64,000 nt of DNA from Planctomycetota bacterium (lineage in GTDB: Bacteria; Planctomycetota; GCA-002687715; CAIWVZ01): NCBI GenBank assembly GCA_044222185.1, contig JBGANV010000001.1, forward strand, positions 448,001 through 512,000, written 5' to 3'. Position 1 is the first letter of the stretch; the number at the start of each line of letters is the position of its first letter. A program made the translations under genes and the position numbers. Of the stretch, positions 45,089 to 55,843 are shown piece after piece. The notes under the pieces are model-generated. The model had not been told where the DNA came from. It saw nothing but the letters and a program-made list of their open reading frames with translations, and did no database searches.

Positions 45089-45697
45089 ATGAACCTCTTG
45101 ATCAAGGGAACGACTTGCGTGGCTCTGCTGGTGACGGGGATGGGACTGGGTTCGCTCACGCGCGGACCACAGGACGCGCCGAAGAAGGACGCACCGAAGC
45201 AGGACGCCGGCAAGGCGGACATGGGAATGCCGGCACCGGAAGTGACGCCCGAGCACAAGTGGCTCGCGCTCGGCGCGGGTACGTGGAAGTCGGCCGCGAA
45301 GTTCTACATGCCCGACGGAAGCGTCATGGCGCAGTCCGGCAAGCAGGTCAACACCATGCAGACGGGCGGGCTGTGGCAGACGATCGATTACCGCTCGGAT
45401 GACGGCACGTTCCACGGCAACGGCATCGCAGGCTACGACCCCGTGAAGAAGAAGTTCACGTCCGTTTGGGCCGACTCCATGGCCCCGTTCCTCATGACCG
45501 GCGACGGGACGCTCGACGCCTCGAAGAAGATCCTGACGATCGACCAGCAGGGATTCGACGCGATGGCCGGCAAGGTCGTCAAGATGCGCGAGACGCTCGA
45601 GCGCAAGGACGACACCCACGTCCACATGGAGATGCACGGCGCGGGTCCGGACGGCAAGGAGATGAAGATGTTCGAGATCGATTACACGAAGATGTGA
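45089..45697 (+). CDS. Secreted DUF1579-family protein
   Basis: Signal peptide; PEH..L....GTW, F.G.G..GYDP.KKK...VW.DSM, final EI.Y.K; AAGGAG SD. Confidence 0.88.
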   Translation: MNLLIKGTTCVALLVTGMGLGSLTRGPQDAPKKDAPKQDAGKADMGMPAPEVTPEHKWLALGAGTWKSAAKFYMPDGSVMAQSGKQVNTMQTGGLWQTIDYRSDDGTFHGNGIAGYDPVKKKFTSVWADSMAPFLMTGDGTLDASKKILTIDQQGFDAMAGKVVKMRETLERKDDTHVHMEMHGAGPDGKEMKMFEIDYTKM

Positions 45698-45770
45698 GTG
45701 GAAGGTCAGACGGGGGCCGAGCGTCGCGCCTGACTTCGGCCGCCGCGTTTCCTGCGTACGATCATCGCCA

Positions 45771-47195
45771 ATGGCCGGCGACGCAGCCTTCGATCTCCTG
45801 CGATCCGCACGCCGCATGCGACAAATCGGTCGCGCGCGGCGTCGCGTCGTCATGGGGCTTGCCTTGGGCGGGCCCGGTGCCGTGGCACTCGTCGTCTACG
45901 CCCGAACGACGTCCGCGCCCATCGACTCGGTTGTGCGGACCTGGGCCGTCGCGTGGCTCGCGATCGCAGGGCTCTGTGTCCTCGTTGGCGTGATCACGCG
46001 CTTCTTCGCCAACGCCGGCCTGGGGCCCATGGCGCGTGAAATCGACCGGCGCGGCGAATGGCACGGTCTGTTCGAAGCCACGCTGTTCCTGCTCGAGGAG
46101 GTGGGCGACTCGTCTCCGGCTCTGGCGCCCGTGGTGATCGCGCGCGCGGACGAAGCCGCGCGCGTCGTCACCCCGCCCAGGCCCGGTTGGCTCCCCGCGT
46201 GGCCCATCCGGCGCACGGCCTACTTCCTGTTGATCTCGCTCGCGCTCGCGGTGCTGCCCGGTGGTGCCGACGGACGATCGTTCGGAATCGGTGCGCGAGG
46301 TGAGGACGCTGCGGCGACCGACCCGACGCGGCCCACGCCGGTGAAGAGCCCGAGACGGCAACCGACCGAGTCGCAGCCAGAGGACGTCCGCCCCGAGCTG
46401 TCGGAAGTCGCGCAGCTCACGCTCGTCAGCGACCACGACATCTACGGCCTCGGCGACGAGATCACGCTGACGCTGCGACTGACGGCCGTGCATGCGTTTC
46501 CGCAGCAGGTTCCGGTCGAGGTCGTCCTCGCGTTGACCGACGGACTGCCTTCGCCAGACGTGGGTTTCGGGGAAGGGTTCCACCCCGTCCCGCTCGATCT
46601 TTCGTGGGCGTTGCCGGCGGCAGCCGGCGAGAAGGTCACGCAGAGCTTCCCGGTGAAGGGGACGCTGGAAGCGCTCCACCTGCATCGTCCGGGACTGATC
46701 ACGGCGTTCGCCGCGGCGCGGGTTCGCGACGACGATGCCCCCGTGTCGAGCGGGCTCGTCTCGAACCAGATCACCTTCCAGATCGCCGAGCGGAAAGAGG
46801 ATCAACGACTGCACAAGCCGACGCCGTTCGGTCAGCAGTCACAGCGCGAGAAGCAGAAGCCCGAGAAGAAGCCCGAACCACCCGAGCCAGGCGGGGCGAA
46901 CAAGAAGCCCGAACTGGGAGACAAAGAACCGATCCCGGATTTCAAACGAGTCCCGAGCCTGGTGCAGCCGCTCGTGAACGACGGGCCGTCCACGACGAAG
47001 GACGTGGACGTCTACGATCGCGAACCGGGGGGACTGCCTCCGGCGGTGCCGACTCCGCCGCCACCCCCCGCGGCCACCGACCGGACGTTCCTGCGCCGTG
47101 TCGAGGTTCCGCAACTGCGCCCGGACCTGACGCCAGTCGAGCGACGCGTGCTCAAGGGTTACTTCGACCGGATTCGCCAAGGCAGCGCGCGATGA
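45771..47195 (+). CDS. Membrane protein with Ig-like domain and low-complexity tail (DUF58/vWA operon member)
   Basis: Three TMs; P/E/K-rich linker; C-terminal P...R.V.K.YF typical of MoxR/vWA-associated proteins; ATGA-coupled to the DUF58 gene. Confidence 0.65.
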   Translation: MAGDAAFDLLRSARRMRQIGRARRRVVMGLALGGPGAVALVVYARTTSAPIDSVVRTWAVAWLAIAGLCVLVGVITRFFANAGLGPMAREIDRRGEWHGLFEATLFLLEEVGDSSPALAPVVIARADEAARVVTPPRPGWLPAWPIRRTAYFLLISLALAVLPGGADGRSFGIGARGEDAAATDPTRPTPVKSPRRQPTESQPEDVRPELSEVAQLTLVSDHDIYGLGDEITLTLRLTAVHAFPQQVPVEVVLALTDGLPSPDVGFGEGFHPVPLDLSWALPAAAGEKVTQSFPVKGTLEALHLHRPGLITAFAAARVRDDDAPVSSGLVSNQITFQIAERKEDQRLHKPTPFGQQSQREKQKPEKKPEPPEPGGANKKPELGDKEPIPDFKRVPSLVQPLVNDGPSTTKDVDVYDREPGGLPPAVPTPPPPPAATDRTFLRRVEVPQLRPDLTPVERRVLKGYFDRIRQGSAR

Positions 47196-48076
47196 AAGCG
47201 GCTTCCGAGTCGCTGCTCTCGCCGGAGTTCATCGCGCGCCTCGAGCGGCTCGAGCTCAACATCCGGCGCTTGCAGGCCGGCGATCGGCGCGGCGACAATC
47301 CGGTCAACCGGCGAGGTCCCGGCACCGTGTTCCGGGGCCATCGGACCTATGCCGCGGGCGACGACCCGCGCTTCATCGACTGGAACGCATTTCTGCGCCT
47401 CGATGAACTCGTCGTGAAGGAGTTCGACGCCGAGGAAGTCCCGCGCGTCACCGCGTTCCTCGACGTCAGCGCGTCGATGGGTACGTCCGGTGGACGGAAG
47501 TTCGAGCAGGCGCGCCGTCTGGTGGCGGCGCTCGGGTTCGTCACCCTCGCCCGGCACGGTGCCGTCCGCGTCGTTCCCGTTCCGAGACCCCATCCCACCG
47601 AGACCTGGGTCGGGCGGAGTCACCTCCACGGGTTCCTCCAAGAGATCGCCCAAATGGAGCCGGCTGGCGGCACATCGTTCCTCCGCACGTTCCAGAGCGC
47701 ATCGCCGCCCGGGCGACGTCCCGGGTTGGCCCTGATCGCGAGCGACTTCCTGGACGTGGGCGAGTATCGGCAGGGTCTGCGATTTCTCAGAAAGCGGGGC
47801 CACCAGGTCGAGGCGCTCCACGTGTTCGATCCGCTCGAGGTCGCTCCGCAGTTGCGCGGCGTCGTCGAACTCGTCGACGTGGAGACGGGGCGCCGCCTGC
47901 GCGAGGACATCAAGCCGGAGTTGCTCGAGCGCTACCACGAAGTCGTCGAGGCCCATTTCACCGAGATCGCATCCGCGTGCCGGTCGCTCGGCGTCGGGTA
48001 TCACCGACTGGACGCGACGATCCCGCTGGAGCAGCTCGTCTTGTCCGTCCTTCGCGGACGGGCCGTGGTCTCATGA
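47192..48076 (+). CDS. DUF58 domain protein
   Basis: F..HR.Y..GDD.R.IDWN, VKEF, LDVSASM, SDFL, L.D.ETG. Confidence 0.92.
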   Translation: MKAASESLLSPEFIARLERLELNIRRLQAGDRRGDNPVNRRGPGTVFRGHRTYAAGDDPRFIDWNAFLRLDELVVKEFDAEEVPRVTAFLDVSASMGTSGGRKFEQARRLVAALGFVTLARHGAVRVVPVPRPHPTETWVGRSHLHGFLQEIAQMEPAGGTSFLRTFQSASPPGRRPGLALIASDFLDVGEYRQGLRFLRKRGHQVEALHVFDPLEVAPQLRGVVELVDVETGRRLREDIKPELLERYHEVVEAHFTEIASACRSLGVGYHRLDATIPLEQLVLSVLRGRAVVS

Positions 48077-49881
48077 GCGTCGTCCTCCAGTGGTTCGGCT
48101 GGGCCGGGTTCGAGCGACCGCAGTGGCTCGTGACGCTCTGGGCGGTGCCGCTGCTGATCCTCCTGTACTTTCTGCGTCGCCGGGCGGTCAGGCAGGATGT
48201 CCCGTTCCTCGTGTTCTGGGACCGCGTGTTCGCATCGCGTCGGCGCAGGCCGAGCGCGTGGCGCACGGTGATCTCGCTCCTCCTCCAGCTCGTCATCCTC
48301 GTCGCCGCGGCGCTCGCGGCCGCAGGGCCGTTCGCGGAGAGCGATTCGACGACGCCGATCCACACGATCCTGGTCCTCGATCGCAGTCTGCCGTGCGCCG
48401 CGCGGGGCACGCGGACCCTGGCCGAGGACGTGATCGCGACCGCCGTCGATCTGCTTCCTCGGCTCGCGAACGATGGGAGCGTACGCGTCGTGCTCGCGGG
48501 CGACGCCCTCGTTCCTCTGACGGCCGACGACACGCCCCTCGCCGACCTGGCGGAACGGGTCGCGATGTCCGGCCCTCCGGCAGGCGCCGGGGTTTCGCAG
48601 GACGTCGTCACGCTCGCACGGAGCGTCGACGGGGAAACCCGGGTGGTGTTCGTCACGCCCTTCGAGGTGAAGACGGGCGACCCGCCGCCACCGCGCCTCG
48701 TCGTCGTGCCCGCAGGGCCGTCGCCGCTACCCAAGAACGGAGGAATCCGCCGCGTCGAGCGGTCTCCTGACGGACGACGGCTCTCGGTCGTCGTGGAGCA
48801 CGGCGGCAGCGCGAGGACTCTCCACATGTACGCTGCCGAGGTCGTCGTCGGCACGTTCAACCTGCCGGCCTCCGCGGAACCGTCCGCCGAGGTCTCGTTC
48901 AACATCCCGGTCGGTGCCTCGATGGCTCGGCTTCGGCTCGACCCGCCAGATGCCCTGCCGGAGGACGACATCGCCGACCTGGTGCTGGACCGCGGCGCCG
49001 CGCTCTCCGTGCTCATCGCGGCCGATCGACCCACGCCTCTGCTCGACGCGGCGCTCGTGAGCACGGACGTCGTGGATACGGCGCGGTCGGGGAGGGCGTC
49101 GCTCGCCCGCGTGGCCGACCTCGCTCGAAACTTCGACGTGACGATCCTCCTTGAGGCCAAGGGCGACATCCCGTTGCGTGCGGGGTCGTGGATCCTCATC
49201 GACGCGACGGCGCCCGAGGCGCCGCTCGTCCGCGAGTCGTCCATGGGCGAGGCTCGGGCCACGTCGCGAACGGACGGCGTCCCCTGGCTTTCGGCGCTCG
49301 ACCCAGCGGAGTGGAAGATCCACCGCATGGCGTCGTGGAAGGCTCAAGAGGGGGCCGAGGTGCTCGTCGCGGGATCGCGGGGCCCACTCGTCACGCGGTT
49401 TGCGACCGGCGGCGTGCGCGGCGTCGCGTTCTCCGTCGCGCCTGACATGGCGGCATCGACGCTGCCGCTGCTGCCGGCGTTTCCGCTGATGCTGCGAGGC
49501 GCTCTGCTCGAAGTGGGGCGTCGGGACCGGAAGGAGCCGGTCCTCGTGACGCGTTTGGGCTCGCACCTGCCATTGTCGATCGACGAGGCCGCGGCGTTCA
49601 CGGACGCCACCGGCGGACTCGTCGGGTTGGTGCGCTCGCCCGACGGCGCCGGATTCCTCGCGCCACGGCGACCGGGACGCTACATGGCCGCCGGGTCGGA
49701 GTTCGCCGTGGCATGGCTCGATCATCCGGCGCTCGCGGCGAGGCCGCCGGCCCGCGCCACCCCGTGGGTCGAGCCAGCGCGTCGATCCGTCCGGAAGCCG
49801 CTCGCGGGGACGGTGTTGCTGGCAGTGGTCGCGCTGCTCGTCCTCGAGTGGTGGACGTACCACGCGGCGTGGACCGAGTGA
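48073..49881 (+). CDS. BatA-type N-terminal double-TM + degenerate vWA domain protein
   Basis: P.WL..L..VP.LILLYFL.R..., LLLQL....ALAAA.P, ILVLDRS; C-terminal TM LL.LEW. Confidence 0.82.
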   Translation: MSVVLQWFGWAGFERPQWLVTLWAVPLLILLYFLRRRAVRQDVPFLVFWDRVFASRRRRPSAWRTVISLLLQLVILVAAALAAAGPFAESDSTTPIHTILVLDRSLPCAARGTRTLAEDVIATAVDLLPRLANDGSVRVVLAGDALVPLTADDTPLADLAERVAMSGPPAGAGVSQDVVTLARSVDGETRVVFVTPFEVKTGDPPPPRLVVVPAGPSPLPKNGGIRRVERSPDGRRLSVVVEHGGSARTLHMYAAEVVVGTFNLPASAEPSAEVSFNIPVGASMARLRLDPPDALPEDDIADLVLDRGAALSVLIAADRPTPLLDAALVSTDVVDTARSGRASLARVADLARNFDVTILLEAKGDIPLRAGSWILIDATAPEAPLVRESSMGEARATSRTDGVPWLSALDPAEWKIHRMASWKAQEGAEVLVAGSRGPLVTRFATGGVRGVAFSVAPDMAASTLPLLPAFPLMLRGALLEVGRRDRKEPVLVTRLGSHLPLSIDEAAAFTDATGGLVGLVRSPDGAGFLAPRRPGRYMAAGSEFAVAWLDHPALAARPPARATPWVEPARRSVRKPLAGTVLLAVVALLVLEWWTYHAAWTE

Positions 49882-49908
49882 CGTTCGCGGGGCGCTTGCC
49901 GCCGGCCG

Positions 49909-49937
49909 TTGAAAGGTCGCGCGTCGGCCAATAACTT
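49909..49937 (+). promoter_or_regulatory. Putative leaderless guaBA promoter
   Basis: TTGAAA (49909-49914)-N17-TAACTT (49932-49937)-N5-ATG; no SD. Confidence 0.6.
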
Positions 49938-49942
49938 CCGCA

Positions 49943-51412
49943 ATGAAAGACTCCGAGTTTCCGCTGGGGATCACGTACGACGATCTCCTGATCCTCCCCG
50001 GGTACAGCGAGAAACTGCCGACCGAGATCGAAACCCGCTCGCGCGCCACGCGCAAGATCGACGTCAACGTGCCGATCCTGTCGGCCGCGATGGACACGGT
50101 GACCGGCTCGGCGCTCGCCATCGCCCTCGCCAAGGAGGGTGGCGTCGGGATCATCCACAAGAACTTCCCGCCCGAGGCGCAGGCGCGCGAGGTCGAGAAG
50201 GTCAAGCGTTCGGCGCATGGCGTCATCAGTGATCCCGTCACGCTCACGCCCACCGCGCGGGTGGCCGAAGCGCGCGCGCTGATGGCCGAGCATCACGTGA
50301 GCGGCATCCCGATCGTCGAAGGGCGACGAGTCGTCGGCATCCTCACCAAGCGCGACCTCCGGTTCCAGCGCGACGAGACGACGCCCGTTCGCGACATCAT
50401 GACGTCGGCCGAGCGGCTGGTCACGGCGCCGCGTGGAACGACGCTGGATGACGCCAAGCACATCCTGCACCGGAACAAGGTCGAGAAACTCATCCTCACG
50501 CACCCGAACGGCGATCTCGCCGGTCTGATCACCATTCGTGACATCGACCTGTGGGAGAAACACCCGAACGCGTGCAAGGACGCCCGGGGGAGTCTGCGCG
50601 TCGGAGCCGCCGTCGGCGTCCACGACCTCAATCGGGTCGAGAAACTGCTCGCCGCCGGCTGCGACCTCGTCGTCGTCGACACGGCGCACGGACACAGCAA
50701 GAACGTGATCGAGACGGTGCGCGCGGTGAAGCAGAAGTTCCCGACCGTCGAACTCGTGGCGGGGAACGTCGCCACCTACGAGGGTGCGATGGCGCTCCTG
50801 GACGCTGGCGTGGACGCGGTGAAGGTGGGAATCGGGCCAGGTTCGATCTGCACGACGCGCGTCGTCACCGGAATCGGTGTGCCGCAGGTCACGGCGATCA
50901 CGGAGGCCGTCCGTGCCGCGGAGCGGTTCGACGTCCCGGTGATCGCGGACGGCGGCATCAAGTTCTCGGGCGACATCACGAAGGCTCTCGCCGTCGGTGC
51001 TTCGACCGTCATGATCGGCAGCTTGTTCGCTGGATGCGAGGAGAGCCCCGGTGAGGTCGTCATCCTGAAGGGGCGCGCCTACAAGGACGTTCGAGGCATG
51101 GGATCGCTCGGTGCCATGGTCTCCGGTTCGAAGGACCGGTACGGCCAGCAGAACGTCAAGGACGACAAGAAGCTCGTGCCCGAGGGAATCGAGGGGCGGG
51201 TGCCGTTCAAGGGCCCGCTCGCCACGTACCTCTATCAGCTCGTCGGCGGGCTCCGGGCGGGAATGGGATACGTCGGAGCGACGACGATTCCCGATCTGCG
51301 CCAGAAAGCACGGATGGTTCGCGTCACCGCCGCCGGACTTCGCGAGAGCCATCCGCACGACGTGATGATCACGAAGGAAGCCCCCAACTACGGCTTGGAC
51401 CACGAGGCCTGA
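49943..51412 (+). CDS. guaB: IMP dehydrogenase
   Basis: SAAMDTVT, two CBS domains, DTAHGHS, catalytic [21 protein letters not shown]. Confidence 0.98.
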   Translation: MKDSEFPLGITYDDLLILPGYSEKLPTEIETRSRATRKIDVNVPILSAAMDTVTGSALAIALAKEGGVGIIHKNFPPEAQAREVEKVKRSAHGVISDPVTLTPTARVAEARALMAEHHVSGIPIVEGRRVVGILTKRDLRFQRDETTPVRDIMTSAERLVTAPRGTTLDDAKHILHRNKVEKLILTHPNGDLAGLITIRDIDLWEKHPNACKDARGSLRVGAAVGVHDLNRVEKLLAAGCDLVVVDTAHGHSKNVIETVRAVKQKFPTVELVAGNVATYEGAMALLDAGVDAVKVGIGPGSICTTRVVTGIGVPQVTAITEAVRAAERFDVPVIADGGIKFSGDITKALAVGASTVMIGSLFAGCEESPGEVVILKGRAYKDVRGMGSLGAMVSGSKDRYGQQNVKDDKKLVPEGIEGRVPFKGPLATYLYQLVGGLRAGMGYVGATTIPDLRQKARMVRVTAAGLRESHPHDVMITKEAPNYGLDHEA

Positions 51413-51415
51413 TCG

Positions 51416-52966
51416 ATGTCGGTTTCGCCCACGCAAGAGATCGTGATCGTCGACTACGGTTCGCAGTTCGCGCAACTGATCGCGCGCCGCGTGCGCGAGC
51501 ACCACGTGTTCTGCCGCGTGGTGACGCCGCGGGCGAAGGCGGCCGATCTGAAATCGCCGTCGTTGCGGGGGATCATCCTCTCCGGCGGACCGGCGTCCGT
51601 CTATGAGAGCGGCGCGCCGTCGCTCGATCCCGCGATCCTGGACCTGGGCGTCCCGGTCCTGGGCGTTTGCTACGGGATGCAGCTGATCGCGCACCTCTCG
51701 GGTTCCGCCGTCACGCCCGGCCTGGAGCGCGAGTTCGGACACCGCGAGCTCGAGATCGTCGCCGAGGCGGGCCTGTTCGCGGGAACGCCCGCCAGGCAGG
51801 TCGTGTGGATGAGCCACGGTGACCAGGTGCAGAACGTGACCTCCACGTTCGAGGTCCTGGCGCGCACGGATACGTGCCCGAATGCCGCCGTGCGGCACGT
51901 CAACAAGCCGATCTTCGGCATCCAGTTCCACCCCGAGGTGGCCCACACGGAATTCGGCACGGCGATCCTCGGGAACTTCCTGCGCCGCATCTGCGGCTGC
52001 GAGCCCCTTTGGCGCATGACGTCGTTCGCCGAGCGGGAGGTCGCGGACATCCGCGCCCGTGTCGGAAACGCCAACGTCATCTGCGGGCTCTCGGGCGGCG
52101 TCGATTCTTCCGTCGCTGCCGTGCTCGTCGCGCGAGCCATCGGCTCGCAGCTCACGTGCATCTTCGTCGACAACGGCCTTTTGCGGTCGGGCGAAGGGGA
52201 CGAGGTGCAAGCCGCGTTCGAGGGACGATTCGGCCTGCATTTCCGCCGCGTCGACGCCTCGGCGCTGTTCCTCGAACGGTTGGCCGGCGTCGTGGACCCC
52301 GAGCAGAAGCGCAAGATCATCGGCAAGGCGTTCATCGACGTGTTCGAGGCCGAGGCGCGCAAGATCCCGGGGGTCGAGTACCTCGTCCAGGGGACGCTCT
52401 ATCCCGACGTCATCGAGTCCGTCTCCTTCCACGGCGGCCCGTCGGCGACGATCAAGAGTCACCACAACGTGGGTGGCCTCCCCGAGAAGCTCGGCTTCAA
52501 GTTGATCGAGCCTCTCCGCCCCCTGTTCAAGGACGAGGTCCGCGAACTGGGCCACGAGCTGGGTCTGCCGGAGGATCTGGTGTGGCGTCATCCGTTCCCG
52601 GGGCCGGGCCTCGCCGTCCGACTCCTCGGGGACATCACCAGTGAACGGCTGGAGATCCTGCGGGCCGCCGACCGCATCGTGCAGGAGGAGATCAAGCGTG
52701 CCGGTCTCTACCGCAAGTTGTGGCAGGTGTTCGCGGTCCTATTGCCGATCCGATCGGTCGGCGTCATGGGGGACGGCCGCACCTACGATCTGACCTGTGC
52801 GATCCGCGCCGTCACGTCCACCGATGCCATGACGGCCGAATGGGCCCGTCTGCCCCACGACGTCCTCGCGGCCATGTCCCGGCGCATCGTGAACGAGGTT
52901 CGCGGGATCAACCGCGTCGTCTACGACATCTCGTCGAAGCCGCCCTCGACGATCGAATGGGAGTGA
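51416..52966 (+). CDS. guaA: GMP synthase (glutamine-hydrolysing)
   Basis: [35 protein letters not shown]. Confidence 0.98.
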   Translation: MSVSPTQEIVIVDYGSQFAQLIARRVREHHVFCRVVTPRAKAADLKSPSLRGIILSGGPASVYESGAPSLDPAILDLGVPVLGVCYGMQLIAHLSGSAVTPGLEREFGHRELEIVAEAGLFAGTPARQVVWMSHGDQVQNVTSTFEVLARTDTCPNAAVRHVNKPIFGIQFHPEVAHTEFGTAILGNFLRRICGCEPLWRMTSFAEREVADIRARVGNANVICGLSGGVDSSVAAVLVARAIGSQLTCIFVDNGLLRSGEGDEVQAAFEGRFGLHFRRVDASALFLERLAGVVDPEQKRKIIGKAFIDVFEAEARKIPGVEYLVQGTLYPDVIESVSFHGGPSATIKSHHNVGGLPEKLGFKLIEPLRPLFKDEVRELGHELGLPEDLVWRHPFPGPGLAVRLLGDITSERLEILRAADRIVQEEIKRAGLYRKLWQVFAVLLPIRSVGVMGDGRTYDLTCAIRAVTSTDAMTAEWARLPHDVLAAMSRRIVNEVRGINRVVYDISSKPPSTIEWE

Positions 52967-53191
52967 GGCCGGGCCGTCCGTCGGCGGGAACGTTGACTTC
53001 GCCGCCGATCGGGCCGAGAACGCCGCGCATGCCATCGCCTCCTCAACATTCTCTGTGCGGCGGCCTGGTTTGTGTCAGTGCACCTGCTCCTTGCCCAAGG
53101 CTCGGTCGTGAATGTCGGCGACCGCCCGAAGGTGTCCGTCGACGCATCGGTCTACAAGCCGAAGTGATCGCGCTGCGCCGCCGGCGTCTGA

Positions 53192-55843
53192 TCATTTCGG
53201 CGGTGCGAACTTGAAGTCGACTCCAGCGACGCCCGCCTTCACGGTGCGCGCCTTCGGCGGAGGGCCCGCGTCGCCCCCCTTGGGGTACACCTGGACGACG
53301 TACTCACCGGGCACGAGTCCTCCGATCTTGTAGTGGCCGTTGGCGTCCGTCTCGCCGTAACCGCCACCGAGGAATGACGACTTGCCCGGCGCCGAAGGCG
53401 TGGCATTCACGCCGACGTTCGCGACGGGAGCGTCCGCCGCATCGGTGACCGTCCCCTCGATCGACAGCGTCCGCAACAGTCGCAGCGTGACCTGCTCGGT
53501 CGCGCCCGCTGCGAGTGTGAGCGTCGTGTTCGCGGGATCGAGTACGAAGTCCGGCGGCCATTTGAATTCGGGCCTGGGGGAGTCCGGGTCTTCGTCTGAC
53601 GACACGATCCCGAACCAATCCAGTCGAAGGCTGCATTCACCTGGCGGGAGACCGGCGAATGTGAACCGACCGTCGTCATCGGTCGTGGCGTGTTGCCCGC
53701 CGTCCGTGAGCCCTGCGAACATCGCGCGGATCTGGTCGCCGGCCGGCTCGCATACGAGGCCGGTGCGGCGGGACGGCTGGCCCGACGCGTCGCGGAGCGT
53801 GCCCGTGATCGTCGCACCTTTCTGGAGGGTGATCGTCACCGGCAACGCGGGAGCCTGCGTCGTATCCAGCGTCACCTTGCCGCCGCCGGAAAACGCGGGG
53901 TGGATCGCCGCGACGAGAAGGTCGGGCGCCTTGGCCACGCCGCGGAGGCGGACCTTCCCGGTCGCGTCCGTCGCGCGTGGTGCCGTGACGGCCGAGCGAC
54001 GGAACTGGATGGTCGACGCCTCCCAGGGCGGACACCACGTCACGTTGGCGCCGGGCACGGGCTTGCCGTCAGGGTCCACGACGAGCACCTCGAGCTCAGC
54101 CCCGCGTCGCAGGGGAACCGTCACGTTCGTCGCGGCGTCGCCCGGTCGAACCTCGACGGTCGTCCCCGGGGGGCGCAGCATCATCAGGAACGTGTCGGTG
54201 GAGTGGTCGTTCGGGTCCCTCGGTGGCGGATCCGTGAAGTACCCATCGCACCGGGCCGTGACGAGAAGCTTGCCTGGGCCCACCGCCTTCGCGGTGAACG
54301 TTCCGTCTTGCGCGGTGCGCGTCGTCGTGGCGGTCGCGATCCGCACGAAGCCCTGCGTGAGGGGTGGGTGGACCGTGACGTCCGCATTCGGCACGGGCGC
54401 GCCCGTGTCCGCGTCGGTCACCTTTCCAACGATGGTGCCGCCTCCGACCATGGGGATGTCGTGGCGAACGACGGCGCCCGGGTCGATGGTCGGCAGGGCG
54501 TCGTGCTCCTCGTTCACGTCGGCTCCGGTGAGGGAGCGATCCGCCACGTTCGCCATGACGTGTCCATGGATCGTGGCGACGATCGTCACCCCCTCGCCAG
54601 TCGGAGCTTGTTCGAAGGCGAACCGTCCGTCTTCGCCGGACCGCGTCTCCTCGAAGGCCACCGCGTCAGTCGTCGCGATGACGCTCACGACGGCTCCCGG
54701 CAGACCCTTGGATGTCGTGCGGTCGAAGACGCGCCCTTCGATGCGCGACGCTCTTCGCAGCACGATTTCGATCTCCTTCGGACTCGCGCGGAGGTTCTCG
54801 GCGCCGCCGCCGGCGAATCCTGGGGCCCGGGCCAGGATGCCAAGCATCCCGTCACCGACCGTCGTGAACACGAAGCGCCCCGTGTCATCGGTTCGCGTGC
54901 GTTGTGCCTTCGGTATCCAGACCGAACCGGCCGAGTATTCGACGACGGCAACCGTGGCGCCGACGACGGGCGTGCCACTCTCCGAGCGCACGACGCCGCG
55001 GGCGGTCCTGCCCTCCGTCATCCGGATCTCGATCGTCGGCGGCGCGGCTCCCGCGCTCACGGTGATGACGTCCGAGAACCGCGTCTGCAGCCCCGCCTTG
55101 TGGGCGGCGATCGTGTAGCGGCCGGGGGCGGCCGCGGGAAAGCTGAACGTCCCATCGGCGATCGTCTGCGCATCGTCGAGCGACTCGTCTCCGCGGAACA
55201 GCTCGCGGAACATGCCGAGTACGTCGAACTCCTCGTCCGCGATCGACACTTGTGACTCGAGCAGGTGCAGATCGACGTCCGCGATCGGTGTCCCTTCGCG
55301 CGTGACGACCTTCCCGGTGATCGCGATCCCTGCGCGAAGGGCCACGTCTCCCAGATCGAGGTGGTCATTCGGCGGGACGTTGATCTCGCGGAGCAATCTG
55401 GGGCCGAATCCCGGCGCGACCACGAGGACCGTGGCGTCGAGTACACCCGGAACGCCGGGCAGAGTGAAGGAGCCGTCGCCGCTGGACTCGCCCCGGACGG
55501 CGAAGAGTGCGGTTGGATGCCGGAGGATGATCGTCGACCGCGCGAGTCCTTCGCGAGTGACCTCGTCGACGACCCGCCCACGAACCACCGACTCGCCCGT
55601 CGAGGGGGGCGGTGGCAGGTCGCGAATGCCGGCGCTCGGCTGACGGGCGACGACCGCGCCGCCAGGGTGCCGTGCATCGGGCCGGGACTCGGGGTTCATC
55701 CGCGCGGCGGACGTGGCCGTCGGGTTGCCGTCGGCGCCGCCGGTCGTGGACGCCTCACGCGAACCATCGAGGAGTGAGATCACTGCGAACGTGACCGCGG
55801 CCAGGACCGCGATCACCCCGATACCGAGAGCAAGACGTTTCAT
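53192..55843 (-). CDS. Membrane-anchored protein with multiple carboxypeptidase-regulatory-like repeats
   Basis: N-terminal TM; about 7 repeats of I.G.V.D..G.P..GA.V....TD..G.F....L.PG.Y. Confidence 0.8.
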   Translation of the reverse strand: MKRLALGIGVIAVLAAVTFAVISLLDGSREASTTGGADGNPTATSAARMNPESRPDARHPGGAVVARQPSAGIRDLPPPPSTGESVVRGRVVDEVTREGLARSTIILRHPTALFAVRGESSGDGSFTLPGVPGVLDATVLVVAPGFGPRLLREINVPPNDHLDLGDVALRAGIAITGKVVTREGTPIADVDLHLLESQVSIADEEFDVLGMFRELFRGDESLDDAQTIADGTFSFPAAAPGRYTIAAHKAGLQTRFSDVITVSAGAAPPTIEIRMTEGRTARGVVRSESGTPVVGATVAVVEYSAGSVWIPKAQRTRTDDTGRFVFTTVGDGMLGILARAPGFAGGGAENLRASPKEIEIVLRRASRIEGRVFDRTTSKGLPGAVVSVIATTDAVAFEETRSGEDGRFAFEQAPTGEGVTIVATIHGHVMANVADRSLTGADVNEEHDALPTIDPGAVVRHDIPMVGGGTIVGKVTDADTGAPVPNADVTVHPPLTQGFVRIATATTTRTAQDGTFTAKAVGPGKLLVTARCDGYFTDPPPRDPNDHSTDTFLMMLRPPGTTVEVRPGDAATNVTVPLRRGAELEVLVVDPDGKPVPGANVTWCPPWEASTIQFRRSAVTAPRATDATGKVRLRGVAKAPDLLVAAIHPAFSGGGKVTLDTTQAPALPVTITLQKGATITGTLRDASGQPSRRTGLVCEPAGDQIRAMFAGLTDGGQHATTDDDGRFTFAGLPPGECSLRLDWFGIVSSDEDPDSPRPEFKWPPDFVLDPANTTLTLAAGATEQVTLRLLRTLSIEGTVTDAADAPVANVGVNATPSAPGKSSFLGGGYGETDANGHYKIGGLVPGEYVVQVYPKGGDAGPPPKARTVKAGVAGVDFKFAPPK

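Noticed and set aside
49598-52591. 997-aa minus-strand ORF, and other long antisense ORFs (e.g. 53382-55118, 57646-59415, 19612-20976)
   Set aside because: Shadow frames of real genes in GC-rich DNA with strong third-position bias; no recognisable motifs.
53164-53190. TGA-TCG-CGC-TGC read as a selenocysteine UxxC motif
   Set aside because: The frame closes five codons later, there is no thioredoxin domain, and no SECIS-like hairpin is evident; likely chance.
52940-53190. Genomic island integrated at the guaA 3' end (and likewise at tRNA-Ala)
   Set aside because: No integrase, no duplicated att sequence and no compositional shift in the neighbouring genes.
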